From Candidatus Saccharimonadota bacterium (GTDB taxonomy: Bacteria > Bacteroidota > Bacteroidia > Flavobacteriales > Blattabacteriaceae): DNA of 32,000 nt. Below are positions 19,084-27,190 of the stretch, in pieces. A model generated the notes under the pieces. The model was not told where the DNA came from, did no database searches, and saw only the letters and a list, made by a program, of their open reading frames with translations. Made by a program: the position numbers and the translations under genes. Each line of letters opens with the position of its first letter. The first letter of the stretch is position 1. The stretch spans positions 1-32,000 of the forward strand of contig NZ_CP006873.1 of NCBI RefSeq assembly GCF_000709555.1, read 5' to 3'.

Positions 19084-19943
19084 TGAAACCTAGATTGCCC
19101 GCTTTTATAAGCATCCCTTTTGGGATTTCTATTATAGCTTTCGTCTTTTATGTTTTTTCCTCCGGAAATCTTTCATGGCATCCTATTTCATTGTCCACTA
19201 TCATAATTTCTATAATATTACTTGTGATTTTGGAAGAGATAAACAAATTAATTTCCAATAAAAAGATTTCTTTTCTCCCCAAAGAAGAACGAAAAAGACT
19301 TATAGAAAAAAATCAATTCAATTTTTGGGGAAGAATTTATAGAAGTGGATTTCTAGAATCGAAAGATGACGGACCTGTCATAGACCATGGATTTGATGAA
19401 ATATTAGAACTCGATAATAATATTCCATCATGGTGGGTTCAGTTGTTCTATATCACTATTATATATGCAGCCATTTATTTTCTGGCTTATATATTTACTG
19501 ATTTTTCTCATCCTGAGAAGGAATATGATTTTTTTTACAAAAAGCAATTATCAGAAATCCAATCCTATGAAAAAAAACGTCCTCAAGCTACTTTAGAAAC
19601 TTCTCTATTTGATGAGAATCTGATAGAAGAAGGAAAGAACCTTTTTAAGGAAAATTGTGCTACTTGTCATGAAGCTGACGGCACAGGGAACATAGGGCCT
19701 AATCTAACCGACGATTACTGGATTAATAAAGAAGAAAAAAGTTTATATAAAAATATTTTTCATATTATCTGGTACGGAAGTAAAAATAATCCAACTATGA
19801 GAGATTTCGGAGCATCTGGAGAGATAAAAGGTAATGATATACAAAAAATTGCTAGTTATGTTTACTTTATAAATAAAAACCGGAACAAATCCACTATCGG
19901 AAAATCTCCTCAAGGAAAAAAAGTTATTTGGGAAGAAGACTGA
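19083..19943 (+). CDS. ccoP: cbb3-type cytochrome c oxidase subunit III (CcoP), monoheme form
   Basis: 286 aa ORF with a GTG start. The FixP N-terminal motif HGFDEILELDNNIPSWW and a single heme-c site CATCHEADG are present. Confidence 0.85.
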   Translation: MKPRLPAFISIPFGISIIAFVFYVFSSGNLSWHPISLSTIIISIILLVILEEINKLISNKKISFLPKEERKRLIEKNQFNFWGRIYRSGFLESKDDGPVIDHGFDEILELDNNIPSWWVQLFYITIIYAAIYFLAYIFTDFSHPEKEYDFFYKKQLSEIQSYEKKRPQATLETSLFDENLIEEGKNLFKENCATCHEADGTGNIGPNLTDDYWINKEEKSLYKNIFHIIWYGSKNNPTMRDFGASGEIKGNDIQKIASYVYFINKNRNKSTIGKSPQGKKVIWEED

Positions 19944-19987
19944 TAAAAATTGTAATCATTTATTCCGGTTAAATTTTTGAAACAAAA

Positions 19988-20440
19988 ATGAAGGTGCGGA
20001 TTCATTGGGGAATTGGTTTATCTATTGCTTTGATATGCTTTATGATTTTCATAATATATATTTCCTTTATAAGAAAAAACGTAGAGAGTGAACTCGTTTC
20101 AGATAGGTATTACGAAGATGAAATGAAATATCAAGAAATTATCGATGAACGAAATAATGCCAATGCTTTAGATGAAACAGTTTCAATAAAAGTATTACCA
20201 ATAGGTATCAAAATTTGTTTTCCAAAAAAATTCAGTTATGAAAATACCATGGGGCAATTAAATTTGATGAGACCTTCAAACAAAGGTTTGGATGTCCAAA
20301 GATCCTTGGATATGAATATATATGGTGAAGTACTCATTCCGAGAAAAATGCTACAAAAAGGATGTTACATACTCATTATGAGATGGGAATCTAAAGGAAA
20401 AAAATACTTTGTTGAAAAAAATATTATATGGAAAATATAA
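19988..20440 (+). CDS. FixH/CcoH-family cbb3 oxidase accessory protein
   Basis: 150 aa ORF. An N-terminal transmembrane helix (HWGIGLSIALICFMIFIIYISFI) is followed by LVSDRYYEDEMKYQEIID, which is typical of flavobacterial FixH-family proteins. It sits in the cco cluster. Confidence 0.7.
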   Translation: MKVRIHWGIGLSIALICFMIFIIYISFIRKNVESELVSDRYYEDEMKYQEIIDERNNANALDETVSIKVLPIGIKICFPKKFSYENTMGQLNLMRPSNKGLDVQRSLDMNIYGEVLIPRKMLQKGCYILIMRWESKGKKYFVEKNIIWKI

Positions 20441-21203
20441 TGAGCATTGGTTCTATAGCTGGGGTTAACAAAATTCTTTCTATTGTCCTAGGTTCCATGG
20501 TGGAAATTTTCATCCGAAAGGACATTCTTTTTTATGAAAAAGTTAGAGGACTCTTTAGAATATCACAGTTCTTTTCCAGCAGGAAACACAAATCTCTTCG
20601 AGTAGCAACGTAACTTCTGTACTTGGTCTCGGAGCGTTAGCTTTTCAAAATAATTGATGTATTTGATATAGAAATTTATTCAAAGGCTATTCAGCACCAG
20701 AAGCATTTTAAATAGAACGCTGTCTTAACCTGACGATTAACATGGGACCGCAATAATTTCAGGTCATGGTGCTCAGCTATTTACTGGACACGTATTTATA
20801 AAAAGTTAGGAATTCCCCACTGCGATCATTCGTCAACAAGAATTCTCCTATTAGGACTTTGGAAGAAGCTGTTGCAGATGTCTTTATAAGTCTTTCCTAT
20901 CCCTGAGATTAATTATGATCTAGCCAACTAGATGTTATGCTATTGTAGATCAGGGAAACAACGTATTAGGATTTCCAGATCTAGCAAAACTAGCTAAATC
21001 TTCTGAGCAAGTTTGTACTGCTTACAACAACAAAAAAAAATATTTGTTTTGGCATACCCAAACCTTTGGATAAGCGATTGATTACTGCTATTGAATCGGC
21101 TAGGAAAAGAATTGTTGATTGGGAAGCTTATAAAAAACAACTTATTAATAGATATTCAAGTACCAGATATCATCGTCATTTATATTCCCCAAATAAATTC
21201 TAT
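20441..21203 (+). pseudogene. maeB: NAD(P)-dependent malic enzyme pseudogene, 5'-truncated with internal deletions, stops and frameshifts
   Basis: Colinear remnants are seen. GSMVE is near PVMEGK. F*IERCL...DD*HGTAIISG matches CFxIExxL...DDQHGTAI, with a TAA replacing the Gln codon at 20738-20740. GTLEEAVADVFISLS matches GTLxEAxxGADVFIGLS. DQGNNVLGFP matches PNQxNNVLxFP. IPKPLDKRLITAIESA matches YIIPxPFDxRLxxxVAxAVA. The last frame runs to a TAA at 21201-21203. About 760 bp remain of the roughly 1.2 kb or more expected. Confidence 0.75.
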
Positions 21204-21205
21204 TA

Positions 21206-23023
21206 ATGATTTTTAAAAAAATACTTGAACAAGTTACGATATTATTTGCCGGTAATTCTGGTGATGGGATACAATTCATCGGTAGACAATTTACTAACAC
21301 TTCAGCTTTTCTAGGAAATAATCTTAGTACTTTATCCGATTTTCCTGCTGAAATACGTGCTCCTCGTGATACCCTTGCCGGTATTTCAGGTTTTCAAATC
21401 CACTTTGGGAGTGTAGAAATAACATCTCCAGGCGATTTCTTTGACGTCCTAGTTGTAATGAATGCAGCAGCGTTAAAGAAGAATTTTCCATTTCTTAAAA
21501 AAGGGGGAAAAATTATAGCCAATACTATGGGATTTACTTCAAAAAGTCTGCAATTAGCAGGTTATACCCCAGATGTTGATCCATTGAAAGAATTATATGA
21601 TTATGATGTATACCCACTTGATATGATAGGACATAGTCATAAACTACTCCAAAATTTTAACATAAGTCAGAAAGATAAGGAAGTGGCTAAAAATATGTTT
21701 GCATTGGGTTTTATCTATTGGCTCTATAGTCGTCCTTTAGGATATACTGAATATTGTCTTAAACAGATCTTTAAAAAGAATACTAAACTTCTACAAGCTA
21801 ATTTAAATGTATTGAGGGCGGGTTATAATTTCGGAGAAATAAGTGAAACCGAACGTTTTATAGTAAAATCATCTAATCGTCCTTCAGGGATTTATAGAAA
21901 TGTTACTGGAAACCAATCTATAACATTAGGATTAGCTACTGCAGCTATCCAAGCTGGTCTCAATCTATTTTATGCGGGATATCCTATAACTCCTGCTTCA
22001 GATTTGCTTAATTATTTTGCCTCTTACAAAAACTTGGGGATAAAAAGTTTTCAGGCAGAAGATGAGATTTCTGCAATTACTTCAGCTATTGGGGCTTCAT
22101 ATGCAGGGGATTTAGGGGTAACTGGAACTTCAGGTCCTGGAATGGCTTTAAAACAGGAAGGATTAGGTTTAGCATTTATGCTGGAATTACCTTTAGTAAT
22201 TATCAATGTACAACGTGGGGGTCCTTCTACCGGGTTACCTACTAAAACTGAACAATCTGATCTTCTTCAAGCGATTTATGGATGTCATGGTGAAGTATCG
22301 ATTCCTGTGTTAGCTCCTTCTTCTCCTTCACGTGCTTTTACAGTAGCTTTTTACGCGGCAAAAATTGCTATAGAACATATGACTCCAGTCATTTTACTTA
22401 GCGATGGTTATCTTGCTAATGGTTCAGAACTTTGGCGTTTTCCAAAAACCTATCAATTGGATACTATATGTCCACCTTTTTTAAAAAATTCAAAAAACTA
22501 TAGTCCTTACCAACGTGATGAAATTGGGGTAAGGCGTTGGGTTAAACCAGGGTTGGCAGGATATGAACACCGAATAGGTGGCCTAGAAAAAGAAGATGAA
22601 ACAGGAAATATATCATATGATCCTAAAAATCATGAAAAAATGGTGAAGTTAAGACAAAAGAAGATTGATTTTATTAAAAAAAAATGGCCTAAACCAAGGA
22701 TCGATTCTGGTAAAAAAACTGGAAAGCTTCTGATATTGAGTTGGGGTTCTACTTACGGAATTGTTCGTGCTGCAATAAAAATCCTTTTATCTGAAGGAAA
22801 ATCAGTCTCACACTCCCATCTAGAATATATTTATCCCCTGCCTAACGGCCTAGATACTATTTTGCAAAATTTTAAAAAAGTGCTGATTCCTGAACTTAAT
22901 AATGGTCAACTGATTCATATTATTCGGGATCAATTTTTAATTGATGCTATTCCGTTTTCTAAAATACAGGGGATTCCATTTACCATTTTTGAAATTGTTG
23001 AAAAAGTGCGAGAGATTATATAA
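21206..23023 (+). CDS. korA: 2-oxoglutarate:ferredoxin oxidoreductase, alpha subunit
   Basis: 605 aa ORF. It has the N-terminal gamma-like domain (GNSGDGIQ) fused to the pyruvate:ferredoxin oxidoreductase core (GYPITPASD, GTSGPGMALKQE, QRGGPSTGLPTKTEQSDL), as in KorA/OorA. Confidence 0.9.
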   Translation: MIFKKILEQVTILFAGNSGDGIQFIGRQFTNTSAFLGNNLSTLSDFPAEIRAPRDTLAGISGFQIHFGSVEITSPGDFFDVLVVMNAAALKKNFPFLKKGGKIIANTMGFTSKSLQLAGYTPDVDPLKELYDYDVYPLDMIGHSHKLLQNFNISQKDKEVAKNMFALGFIYWLYSRPLGYTEYCLKQIFKKNTKLLQANLNVLRAGYNFGEISETERFIVKSSNRPSGIYRNVTGNQSITLGLATAAIQAGLNLFYAGYPITPASDLLNYFASYKNLGIKSFQAEDEISAITSAIGASYAGDLGVTGTSGPGMALKQEGLGLAFMLELPLVIINVQRGGPSTGLPTKTEQSDLLQAIYGCHGEVSIPVLAPSSPSRAFTVAFYAAKIAIEHMTPVILLSDGYLANGSELWRFPKTYQLDTICPPFLKNSKNYSPYQRDEIGVRRWVKPGLAGYEHRIGGLEKEDETGNISYDPKNHEKMVKLRQKKIDFIKKKWPKPRIDSGKKTGKLLILSWGSTYGIVRAAIKILLSEGKSVSHSHLEYIYPLPNGLDTILQNFKKVLIPELNNGQLIHIIRDQFLIDAIPFSKIQGIPFTIFEIVEKVREII

Positions 23024-23030
23024 GGAGATA

Positions 23031-24662
23031 TTATTGTTTGACTTTCTTCCAGCTATCTTTAAGCGTTACAGTTCTATTAAAAATAATTCTTTCTTTATAA
23101 GTATCTGGATCCACGCAAAAATAACCTAATCTTTGAAATTGAAAAATATTACCTTTTTTTGCTTCTCTTAAAGAAGGTTCTCCATAGCCTTGAACAACCT
23201 TTAAAGAATTCGGATTGATAAAATCCATAAAATCTCGTTCTTTATTCCCGTCTGGGAATGGGACAGAAAATAAACGATCATATAATCTTACCTCGACTTT
23301 TATTGAATGTTCAGACGATACCCAATGTAACGTTCCTTTTATTTTTCGTAAACTTTCTTTGGTATTGCTACCTGAGAGACTTTTATAATCATAAAAAGAG
23401 TGAACTTCTATAATTTTACCTTCATAATCTTTTATCACGCTAATTCCTTTAATAATATAAGCGTTTTTAAGACGAACTTCTCCCCCAAGACATAACCTAA
23501 AGAACTTTTTAGACCCTACTTCCATAAAATCCTCTCTCTCAATATAGAGTCTTTTTGAAAAAGGAAGATTTCGTATTCCATATTTTGGAGGATAATTTTC
23601 AATAACGAGTTTGATAGGATCAAGTATAACCATTACCCGTGGTGCCGTTTTATTAAGTTGTTTGCGTATGCTAAATTCAAGTAAAGAAATGTCAACTACA
23701 TTATCCCTTTTAGTAACACCTATTTTATTACAAAATTCTCGTATAGCTTCTGGAGAATAACCACGACGACGGAACCCGCTAAGAGTTGGCAAGCGAGGAT
23801 CATTCCATCCTTGAACATATTTTTTTTCTATAAGACGTTGTAATTTACGTTTACTCATAATGGTATAACTAAGATTAAGTCTTGAAAATTCACATTGTCT
23901 AGGTTTTATTTTACCGTCTTCATATATTTGATCAAGATACCAATTATATAAAGGGCGATGGTTTTCAAACTCTATTGAACAAAGTGAATGCGATATCTGT
24001 TCAATATAATCTGATTGACCATGCGTCCAATCATAAGTAGGGTAAATACACCATTTTTTACCTATACGGTGATGAGATTTTTTTAAGATTCTATACATAA
24101 TAGGATCACGAAGATTCATATTTGGAGAGTTCATATCAATTTTTGCACGTAATACATACTGACCCTCTTCAAATTCTCCAGCTCGCATTCGTTCTAACAA
24201 CTCTATATTTTCTTTTATAGATCTTCTCCTATAAGGACTTTCTATGCCAGCTTCAAAAGGTGTTTTTCTTTGTGCTAGGATGACTTCTTGAGATTGTTCA
24301 TCTACATAAGCTTTTCCTTTCCAGATGAGTTTTTTAGCCCATTGATAAAGTTGTTCAAAATAATCAGATGCATAACATTCTTTATCCCATTTGAAACCCA
24401 ACCAAAGAATATCTTTTTTTATCGAATTTACATAATTTTGACCTTCTTTAGTTGGATTTGTATCGTCAAACCGTAAATTTATAGACGTCCCGTATTTTCT
24501 ACTTAGTTCAAAATTGAGACAAATTGCTTTAGCATGACCTATATGTAAATAACCATTAGGTTCAGGTGGAAAACGAAATCGTAAATTCTCTCTAGAAACA
24601 GATTTTTTAAGATCATTTTCAATAATTTCTTCAATAAAATGCGAAGGAACATGTTCATTCAT
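23031..24662 (-). CDS. glnS: Glutaminyl-tRNA synthetase
   Basis: 543 aa ORF. The class I HIGH region is PEPNGYLHIGHAKA and the KMSKS region is IMSKRKL. The C-terminal anticodon-binding beta-barrel length is typical of GlnRS. Confidence 0.93.
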   Translation of the reverse strand: MNEHVPSHFIEEIIENDLKKSVSRENLRFRFPPEPNGYLHIGHAKAICLNFELSRKYGTSINLRFDDTNPTKEGQNYVNSIKKDILWLGFKWDKECYASDYFEQLYQWAKKLIWKGKAYVDEQSQEVILAQRKTPFEAGIESPYRRRSIKENIELLERMRAGEFEEGQYVLRAKIDMNSPNMNLRDPIMYRILKKSHHRIGKKWCIYPTYDWTHGQSDYIEQISHSLCSIEFENHRPLYNWYLDQIYEDGKIKPRQCEFSRLNLSYTIMSKRKLQRLIEKKYVQGWNDPRLPTLSGFRRRGYSPEAIREFCNKIGVTKRDNVVDISLLEFSIRKQLNKTAPRVMVILDPIKLVIENYPPKYGIRNLPFSKRLYIEREDFMEVGSKKFFRLCLGGEVRLKNAYIIKGISVIKDYEGKIIEVHSFYDYKSLSGSNTKESLRKIKGTLHWVSSEHSIKVEVRLYDRLFSVPFPDGNKERDFMDFINPNSLKVVQGYGEPSLREAKKGNIFQFQRLGYFCVDPDTYKERIIFNRTVTLKDSWKKVKQ

Positions 24663-24726
24663 ATTGAATTTAGATTTTATTATTTATAGTTAATAGTTAT
24701 AAATATAAACATGGGTATATTTATTG

Positions 24727-25114
24727 TGGAGTTGGCGGGATTCGAACCCGCGTCCATACAAGTAATTTGTAAGATTTCTACATACTTATCTCCTCTTGGA
24801 AACCTACAATAGAAGAGGAGCATTCTATTGAGGAATTATCCTTTTAAATGAAAATTTCAGAAAGTTTTCAAAGGAACTAACTTTCCTAGCTTTATTTTAC
24901 GGTACCTCTTAATCAGAAATTATAAAGCGTAATTTCTGAGAGATATCTTGCTTCGGCAGATTATGCCGACGTGGCTTTAAATTTTTACTTAAGCAGCAAG
25001 AGCATAGTTTTCTTCGCCGGTTATATTTTGTGACGCTAGATTTTCGTGTTTACCTCACGTTACACGGTATGCTTACTTACTTATTTAGCTTGCTGTCAAA
25101 ACCATTTCAACCCC
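24727..25114 (-). ncRNA. ssrA: tmRNA (SsrA)
   Basis: The reverse complement starts GGGGTTGAAATGGTTTTGACAGCAAGC and ends GCGGGTTCGAATCCCGCCAACTCCA. This gives a tRNA-Ala-like acceptor stem GGGGTTG/CAACTCC with G3:U70 and a T-arm. The internal tag ORF at 24989-25018 reads GGC GAA GAA AAC TAT GCT CTT GCT GCT TAA, that is GEENYALAA*. CCA is not fully encoded. Confidence 0.92.
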
Positions 25115-25188
25115 TTTATTATATATAAATATAAATCTTTTTTTTTTCAAGATGTTTTTTAATAATCCCTATATTAGGCAGTGCTGCT

Positions 25189-26299
25189 ATGGATCTCGTT
25201 CCTGAGGATAAGGAGGCTATAAATGGTATATTTCGTCATTCCACTCTTAACGAGGCCTATAAATATATCTTGGTTCCTCGTTATAAAGGTTTCCTACATA
25301 TGAAAGATATTGTAAATTATCCTAACGCTTGGGATATAGTGAAAGCAGGAGTAGACGTTATTACTTTGTATTCTTCCCATGGTCATCCTAATAAAGAAAA
25401 GTAGGTAGACCACCAGCTATTCTAAGCTTACGGAGTAATTAAATTTTCTAAATGCTGGGTTGCAGGATGCGAAAATGAGTTTTGCAAGCAGATGATCTTT
25501 TTAAAATTAAGACAATGGGTAGAAGCTCTGTCGGCTATAGCTGCCAATAGAAATGTGTACCCGTAGTTAGGAATTTGTTGAGAATAATGCATTTAAACAA
25601 TTATATGACGTTTAAGTGAAGAATATTTTCTATAATGTACCAACAAAAAGAAATCTACACTAGTCGAATTTCATCATATACTCGATGAATTTGACAGCGC
25701 TATCACATCCAAGAGTTATTTTTCGGTTGGATCAACCAGTTCTCTGAAAGAAAGAATGAAAGAAAGAAAGAAAGAATGAATGAATGAATGAATTATTTTC
25801 GTATAAAGTTTTTCTGCATGGGAGCAAAACCGTCTCATGCAAAGAAGTATCGATTCAAAATTATTATTTCCATAAAGCGCTGGATTAGATGCTTTTGAAG
25901 GCGTGATTCCAAAACGTTACAAAATACCTTTGCAACTCCAAAAAAGCATTGCTCCTGTTACTTACACTTTTTTTAATAAAGAAATTTAGAATCAAATCTT
26001 AGTTTTTCAATGACATAAAAAATTATAATAATTGATCAAGAACGAATATTGGACGGAGAAAAAAAAATAATTAGCCAAAAACTATTATTTACAATCCATT
26101 TCTGGAGTAACATATTGTTGCAAGAAATTCTAGATCACGTGCTATAGCATGATCTATCAAACAGATAAAGAAATGAGACATTTTGTTAAGAAACTTTTTT
26201 TCTATCGCTTTTTTACTAGGTACAGGAAGCAGCTAATAAAGGGTGGACGAAAAATAATGTTCGTTCGATATTCCTTGATGAAGATCCATTGGTTATTTT
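25189..26299 (+). pseudogene. ligA: NAD-dependent DNA ligase pseudogene, 5' part (adenylation domain to OB fold)
   Basis: Only a 71 aa ORF survives. Frame-hopping translation gives LigA blocks in the correct order and roughly correct spacing. YKYILVPRYKGFLHMKDIVNYP matches YYxxDxPxISDxEYDxLxxELxxLExxYP. PAILSL at 25413 matches PMLSL. KIKTMGRSSVGY at 25509 matches the active-site ELKxDGxSISLxY. WINQFSERK matches FxxINxxR. FSAWEQNRLMQRSIDSK at 25810 matches FANPRNAAAGSLRQxDSK. QERILDG...LLFTIHF matches QxxLGxTxKxPRWAIAYKF. NNVRSIFLDEDPLVIL at 26253-26300 matches LHNxDxIxxLDIRxGDxVxV. Confidence 0.7.
25746..25793 (+). repeat. Compound tetranucleotide microsatellite (GAAA)2 GAAT (GAAA)4 (GAAT)5
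   Basis: Twelve contiguous 4-nt units can be read directly. The repeat lies inside the ligA pseudogene, between the FxxIN and FANPRN blocks. Confidence 0.95.
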
Positions 26300-26613
26300 A
26301 AGTTGGTCGCTTTATCGCGTTTTACGCGTTTTATTAAATGAGGAAAGTCCGTACATCAGAGAGCAACACAAATGGGTAATTCCCTTCCCCTGCAAAGTGA
26401 GGACTAGTGCAACAGAAAGAAAGTACAGTTTGGCTGTAGTGAAATCAGGGAAACTCTGTGCGATGAAATGCCGTGTATACCGACGTTAAAGATCTGCTCG
26501 ATTGTAGTTGGGGGGTAGGCAGTTTGAGATAGATGGGAACATTTATCCGAGATAAATGATAAAGGTTCCTCTAAAAAAAAGGGGTATACAGAATACGGCT
26601 TACAGGCCAACTT
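26300..26613 (+). ncRNA. rnpB: RNase P RNA (bacterial type A, reduced)
   Basis: The P1 helix pairs AAGTTGGTC (26300-26308) with GGCCAACTT (26605-26613). A P3-like hairpin CGCG-TTTTA-CGCG is present. The universally conserved P4 strands GAGGAAAGTCCG and ACAGAATACGGCTTA are present. Other conserved blocks are GGGTAATTCCC, GTGCAACAGAAAG, GTGAAA, GTAGGCAGTTTGAG and GAGATAAATGA. The two track ORFs here (26289..26489 + and 26404..26649 -) are spurious. Confidence 0.9.
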
Positions 26614-26631
26614 TTTCATAAATTCCATGGG

Positions 26632-27181
26632 TTTCACAAAATCTATCATTTACTGTTAGGCTACGAGATCAACCCAGAAGTTCTTCATCAGAGAATTTTA
26701 GCTGCTTCTAAAGATTCCCAAACTAAATGTCCTGTTTATAAAAATTTGGTACGGAGATAAACAGGTCCTTTGTGTTTAGGCTATGTAGCGGCATCTGTTT
26801 GATTATAGTCACAAGTATTAATTACTTGACGATATCTTCAAGACTTTGATCTTACTCCAAGAGTAAGACCTGCAGCACATATTTGATACCCGTGCAGGAG
26901 AAAAAAATGTTAGAGAGTCCAGCATAAAAGAATCGCTTGGATCAGCGATTTGATTCAAGGACAATACCATGTATTTATTACAATACAGACCTGTTTCTAT
27001 CTGACCTTGCTTCTGGTTATAATCTATAGTAGCTTATCTCCGTGACCAGCAGCATACCTTGTACTAAAGAACCTGATGCTACTCGTATTACAGGGAACCC
27101 TTCATGAGTACTTGGACGCCAATGAAAGATCTTCACCCAGGAGCTCCTAAGGAGGATGTACGCAGACGGACTCTTGGTTAA
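26632..27181 (+). pseudogene. ligA: NAD-dependent DNA ligase pseudogene, 3' part (zinc finger, HhH, BRCT)
   Basis: LLLGYEINPEV matches xxAG(D/E)(V/I)IPxV. The same frame continues to TKCPVYKNLVRR, which matches the zinc finger CPxCGxxLxR. A shifted frame gives LDDIFKTL...AGEKNVRESSIKES, matching ADLYxL...FGEKSAxNLxxSIExSK. LVLQGTLHEY matches the BRCT motif FVLTGTL. PGAPKEDVRRRTLG* matches AGSKLxKAxxLG. There are many stops and frameshifts. Confidence 0.7.
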
Positions 27182-27190
27182 AATTATAAC

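Noticed and set aside
20428-20613. 61 aa ORF overlapping the fixH stop
   Set aside because: It is one surviving frame of the malic-enzyme pseudogene (the GSMVE / PVMEGK region), not an independent gene.
25115-25188. TATATTTA-like motif upstream of ssrA as a TAnnTTTG promoter
   Set aside because: The final G of the consensus is missing and the spacing to the nearest TTG is off. In DNA this AT-rich the match is not distinguishable from chance.
25189-25404. 71 aa ORF (MDLVPEDKEAINGIF...) as a possible novel small protein next to ssrA
   Set aside because: Its sequence and the frames that follow are colinear with the LigA N-terminus (the YYxxDxP..EYDxL..LExxYP region, then PMLSL-like PAILSL just past its stop). 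It is the surviving first fragment of the ligA pseudogene.
26289-26649. Two overlapping track ORFs (66 aa plus strand, 81 aa minus strand)
   Set aside because: Both lie within the RNase P RNA gene, whose conserved P4 strands (GAGGAAAGTCCG and ACAGAATACGGCTTA) and P1 pairing explain the region. The peptides have no recognisable family features.
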